From contig CAIIXF020000001.1 in assembly GCA_903813345.2 (NCBI GenBank), forward strand, positions 46,376,001 through 46,440,000: a stretch of DNA of 64,000 bases, given 5' to 3'. The translations under genes were made by a program, and so were the position numbers. Source of the stretch: Owenia fusiformis. Lineage: Eukaryota. This document shows positions 60,901 to 64,000 of the stretch, in pieces (positions within the stretch are counted from its first letter, which is position 1; each line of letters starts with the position of its first letter). Under the pieces are notes generated by a model. The model did not search any database, was not told the DNA's origin, and saw only the letters and a list, made by a program, of their open reading frames with translations.

Positions 60901-62279
60901 GGCACATAATATCGCACTTTTCTGCTGTTAAATACATTTTCTTTATTCAAAATTATTTATAACAATCCAACACCAAGATATTCCTTGACTTCTTAAGTCT
61001 CCAATATAGAAAATCGCTTCATCATTCATTGAAAATTCAATAAAAACTATAAAAGATCATGACTCCCAAAAATGGTCAATCATTATATCCAGAGAATTCT
61101 TTGACAAAATAGCCCCTAGAATTTCATTAAAATACTCCTTTTAATCAAATACAAGTTTTGATAAAAAGTTCTTGATCCATCTGATATTAGATTTCCTAAA
61201 ATGGTTTGAAAGGTCATTTTTGCTAGAATTGTGTTATGGCTGAGAAATAAAGGATAGAACTGACCACTTTTAGCAATAAATCTGATTTTTAAATGGCTTA
61301 GAGAGTGACCTGGTCAGCCTGACCTTTGATGTGTACATGTATAGGCCATCAATTTCACTCTGTGTAAAAATAGAACTGTCAATCAAATCTTGAAATGAAA
61401 ATGAAATAAGAATAAACTGTAGATTTGGTTTGATATGCTGATGTTTGTTTCTCAAATAAACTTTTACAAATAAATTAATAATACTTTGATAATTTGATAA
61501 AAATATGTAGCCTAAAGGTCACCGTGACCCATAAAGCAGCCTGTATAAATTCAGTTCTCTTGCTCCAAGAGCAAAAAAATGTAGGACTTTATTGCTGTGC
61601 TTATTGTTTTGAAAAGTGAAAACTACAAGAGAAAAGAAACAGATTATTGAAATGTTGGAGGCTTCAAATGGATTATTTGAATTATAATTTACTAAGCTCA
61701 GGGGAATATGAGATTTACATTTTGCTCATCCAATTTAAATCTATTTTTCCCTCCTGTTTAACCAATGAGAGTGAGTATAATGTCACTAACCTCTTTGAAT
61801 GTTAAATCTGGCTTGCCCGATTTTCTCCTTATGGCCTCTCTACCGTAATTAACAAGTTTTTCTGCAGGATGCCAGCCAAACTTTCGGAACATGTTCGGAA
61901 GAAATGCAAATATCCCAAATGTAGCATCTGGAAAGATTTTTCTTGATTAAAAAAATCTGGAGAATTAACTTTAATTATGTACAAAGCATCTTAAAAATGT
62001 TCTGTGAAATGTATTGGGCATAATACTCATTGTACATGTACTGGAATCATTCATTCATTCATAATATAATCATATCCATAAATTCATAAATATCACATTA
62101 TAAAAGCAAAAACACCCATTTTCCTCACCCATAAAAAGAGCTTTCTGGTCCATATTCCTCAACATGTCACCTATCTCCTTGGGGGTGTACCTGAGGGCAA
62201 GGCACATAGCTATAATCGCCCCACCACTACTGCCACAGAACCTAGTGATGTTCTGGAGGATACCCACATCTTCAAGCAC
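54929..62279 (-). CDS. Patatin-like phospholipase with two EF-hand motifs; 5'-incomplete (10 exons in window)
   Basis: Exons (minus) 62279-62129, 61927-61791, 60286-60151, 59234-59139, 57616-57513, 57241-57147, 56773-56545, 56377-56186, 56003-55911, 55576-54929; GT-AG, phases consistent. GSSGG nucleophile elbow, LTFKE, TATNL, RMSLSIPG, YIDGGLLNNYP, EF-hands DIDQDGIIGIEE and DRDGDKQITFNE. The glycine-rich loop exon was not found in the window. Confidence 0.9.
58017..58225. mobile_element. 209-bp GC-rich MITE with 15-bp perfect TIR
   Basis: CAGGCCCGTAGCCAG...CTGGCTACGGGCCTG; a partial relative lies at ~5553-5585. Confidence 0.85.
60602..60889. mobile_element. Transib-like non-autonomous element (CAC...GTG, 5-bp TSD)
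   Basis: ATAGA|CACACTAC...GTAGTGTG|ATAGA; internal inverted match ATACAGG..ACAG..AAGTTGCAAATGGAG. Confidence 0.7.
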
Positions 62280-64000
62280 CTACAATGATTGACCATCTTA
62301 GACTAATTGTGATACTATTGTACATGTATATAGAATTATATTCAGTTGACTCTGTAAAGTGGAACATTCCTTTAAGTTGAACAGCTCCAGAAGTGGAACT
62401 TCTGTTAGTGGAGCACTTTTCAGAGTTCCAACTGACTTAAATTAAATAGAACACTTTTCAGAGGTAAATACTGTATATTATGAAGGTTTCACTAGTTAAC
62501 TTGGGATTAATGTACTAAAGGGATATACGACAAAATAGCAATAGCATTCTGTGCATCAACTTAGAATTTCAAGCATATACTGTTTTATACAAAGCAATAG
62601 GTTCATGGCAAATTATGTAAGGATCTCTTTTTAATTTCTCATTATAAAGGGAAAGCAAAATGGTGCAAAAAAGTTACTTTCGTCAAACAAGACATAATGC
62701 AATTTTGGGCAAGTTGTGCAATATTTGAAATACTGGTACGAGTATCTCAGAATAAAAAGTCTGTGCAGTTAGTTGCCAAGGTTTCATTAAAAGACTGACT
62801 TCAGATAAGGCTCTCTTTTGAAAACTCTAACAAAATGTAACAGGGCATTAACATGCAAAATATCACCACCTGCCATTTGTTACAGACACTATGTCATTTG
62901 TTATAGACACTGACCATCAAACTCTGACCACCAACCACCATCCACAAAAAACACTTGAAGACTATGTGGTGGTGACATAAAAACCAGGAAAATGGAAAAA
63001 TTCATATCTAGAGGGTTTTTTCCAATTTTAATTCAGTGTCACACATAAAATGAAATGGTAAAATACTGTGTAGGCAAACAACAATTTTTCAATTTCACAA
63101 TTAATGATTGATAATATCTAAATGGCAACATTTCAAGTGAGGTCTAGAATGGGCCCAGAAGCTATTGACTCTGAATAAGTGTTGATATGATACTACATTT
63201 TTCAATTAATCCTAAGAATATGACAGGCAAATCATAGCCTTGTTTACTCAGGTATTTTCAAAACATTCTGTTATAATAGTAAAAAATCTACGAGGACAGA
63301 TAGCAACTGTCACACTTTCATCATATTTGAATTAGCCAAACTATTTGAGAATGGCTTAAAACTTCAAAGCTTTGCAGCCTAGGGTTGGATCATTAAATTC
63401 AGCTTAAACTTTTTCCCAAGTGCCAAGGTCAGTTTTCTCTCACAGGAAATATAAGGACCAAATATTTTTTCAAGGCTTTTTCTTGTCATCAAAGCCCAAA
63501 TTGTCTTTTCTAACTTACCATATACAGTTCAAACAAGAACTACAGAACGACTAGAGGTAGACAAGGGAATTGATCGGGGAGGTCAGTTATTTCAAAAATA
63601 AAGGCCTAACTTCAATTTCAAAATGAGGCCCATATTAGTCCTATATAGAAAATTATTTCACTAGGCTATCCAATTTCATTGTTAAAAAAAACCAAACTAA
63701 TTGAGAAAAGATTTTAAACTAGTATTGCTCAAAGACTGTATCCACCCCCCCCCCCCACCTTCACTCTCATTATCTGGCAATATATAATATATAGAGAGAA
63801 GGATAAAAGGGGGGGGGGAGTACAGGGTCTTTTAAGCAAGACTAATTTTAAACCTTCTAAACTTTGTACCCATTGAATCATTATATTTGAGGGATATGGA
63901 ATTTATTTCTAACTAACTCAGAAAACTTTAAGCAATGAAATAATTTTCTGCATCAATATTTAATAGTACTGCTGTACCAGGGTATTTTTCCTCTGAAAAA

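Noticed and set aside
61270..61455. Extra patatin exon (DLIDSSIFTQSEIDGLYMYTSK)
   Set aside because: Splice phases do not fit between the flanking phase-0 junctions, which already join into a continuous patatin sequence

Overview
AT-rich, intron-containing animal genomic DNA (invertebrate bilaterian, plausibly lophotrochozoan; the taxon is an inference). Five protein-coding genes were assembled by hand from GT-AG junctions with consistent phases. (1) Tctex1-domain dynein light chain with a single coding exon (2446-3018, +). (2) ATAD3 mitochondrial AAA+ ATPase (15 coding exons, 6540-16879, +, ~599 aa). (3) Circadian clock gene period (17 coding exons, 29228-42947, +, ~1402 aa). (4) A 123-aa four-TM protein resembling DUF1761 (49898-50837, +). 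(5) A 5'-incomplete patatin-like phospholipase with two EF-hands (62279-54929, -). Introns and intergenic DNA are dense with non-autonomous DNA transposons (TA, TTAA, AATT, 5-, 8- and 9-bp TSD types, several nested), two 5'-truncated LINEs and a 25-bp satellite. Most notable: PER appears to carry two copies of the C-terminal CRY-binding (Period_C) module; a NAGNAG acceptor sits inside its TSGCSS degron; an inverted pair of 1.2-kb transposons places CRE and E'-box motifs upstream of per; and the patatin-EF-hand and DUF1761-like genes look unlike canonical animal families. All family assignments are by motif recognition, not database search.
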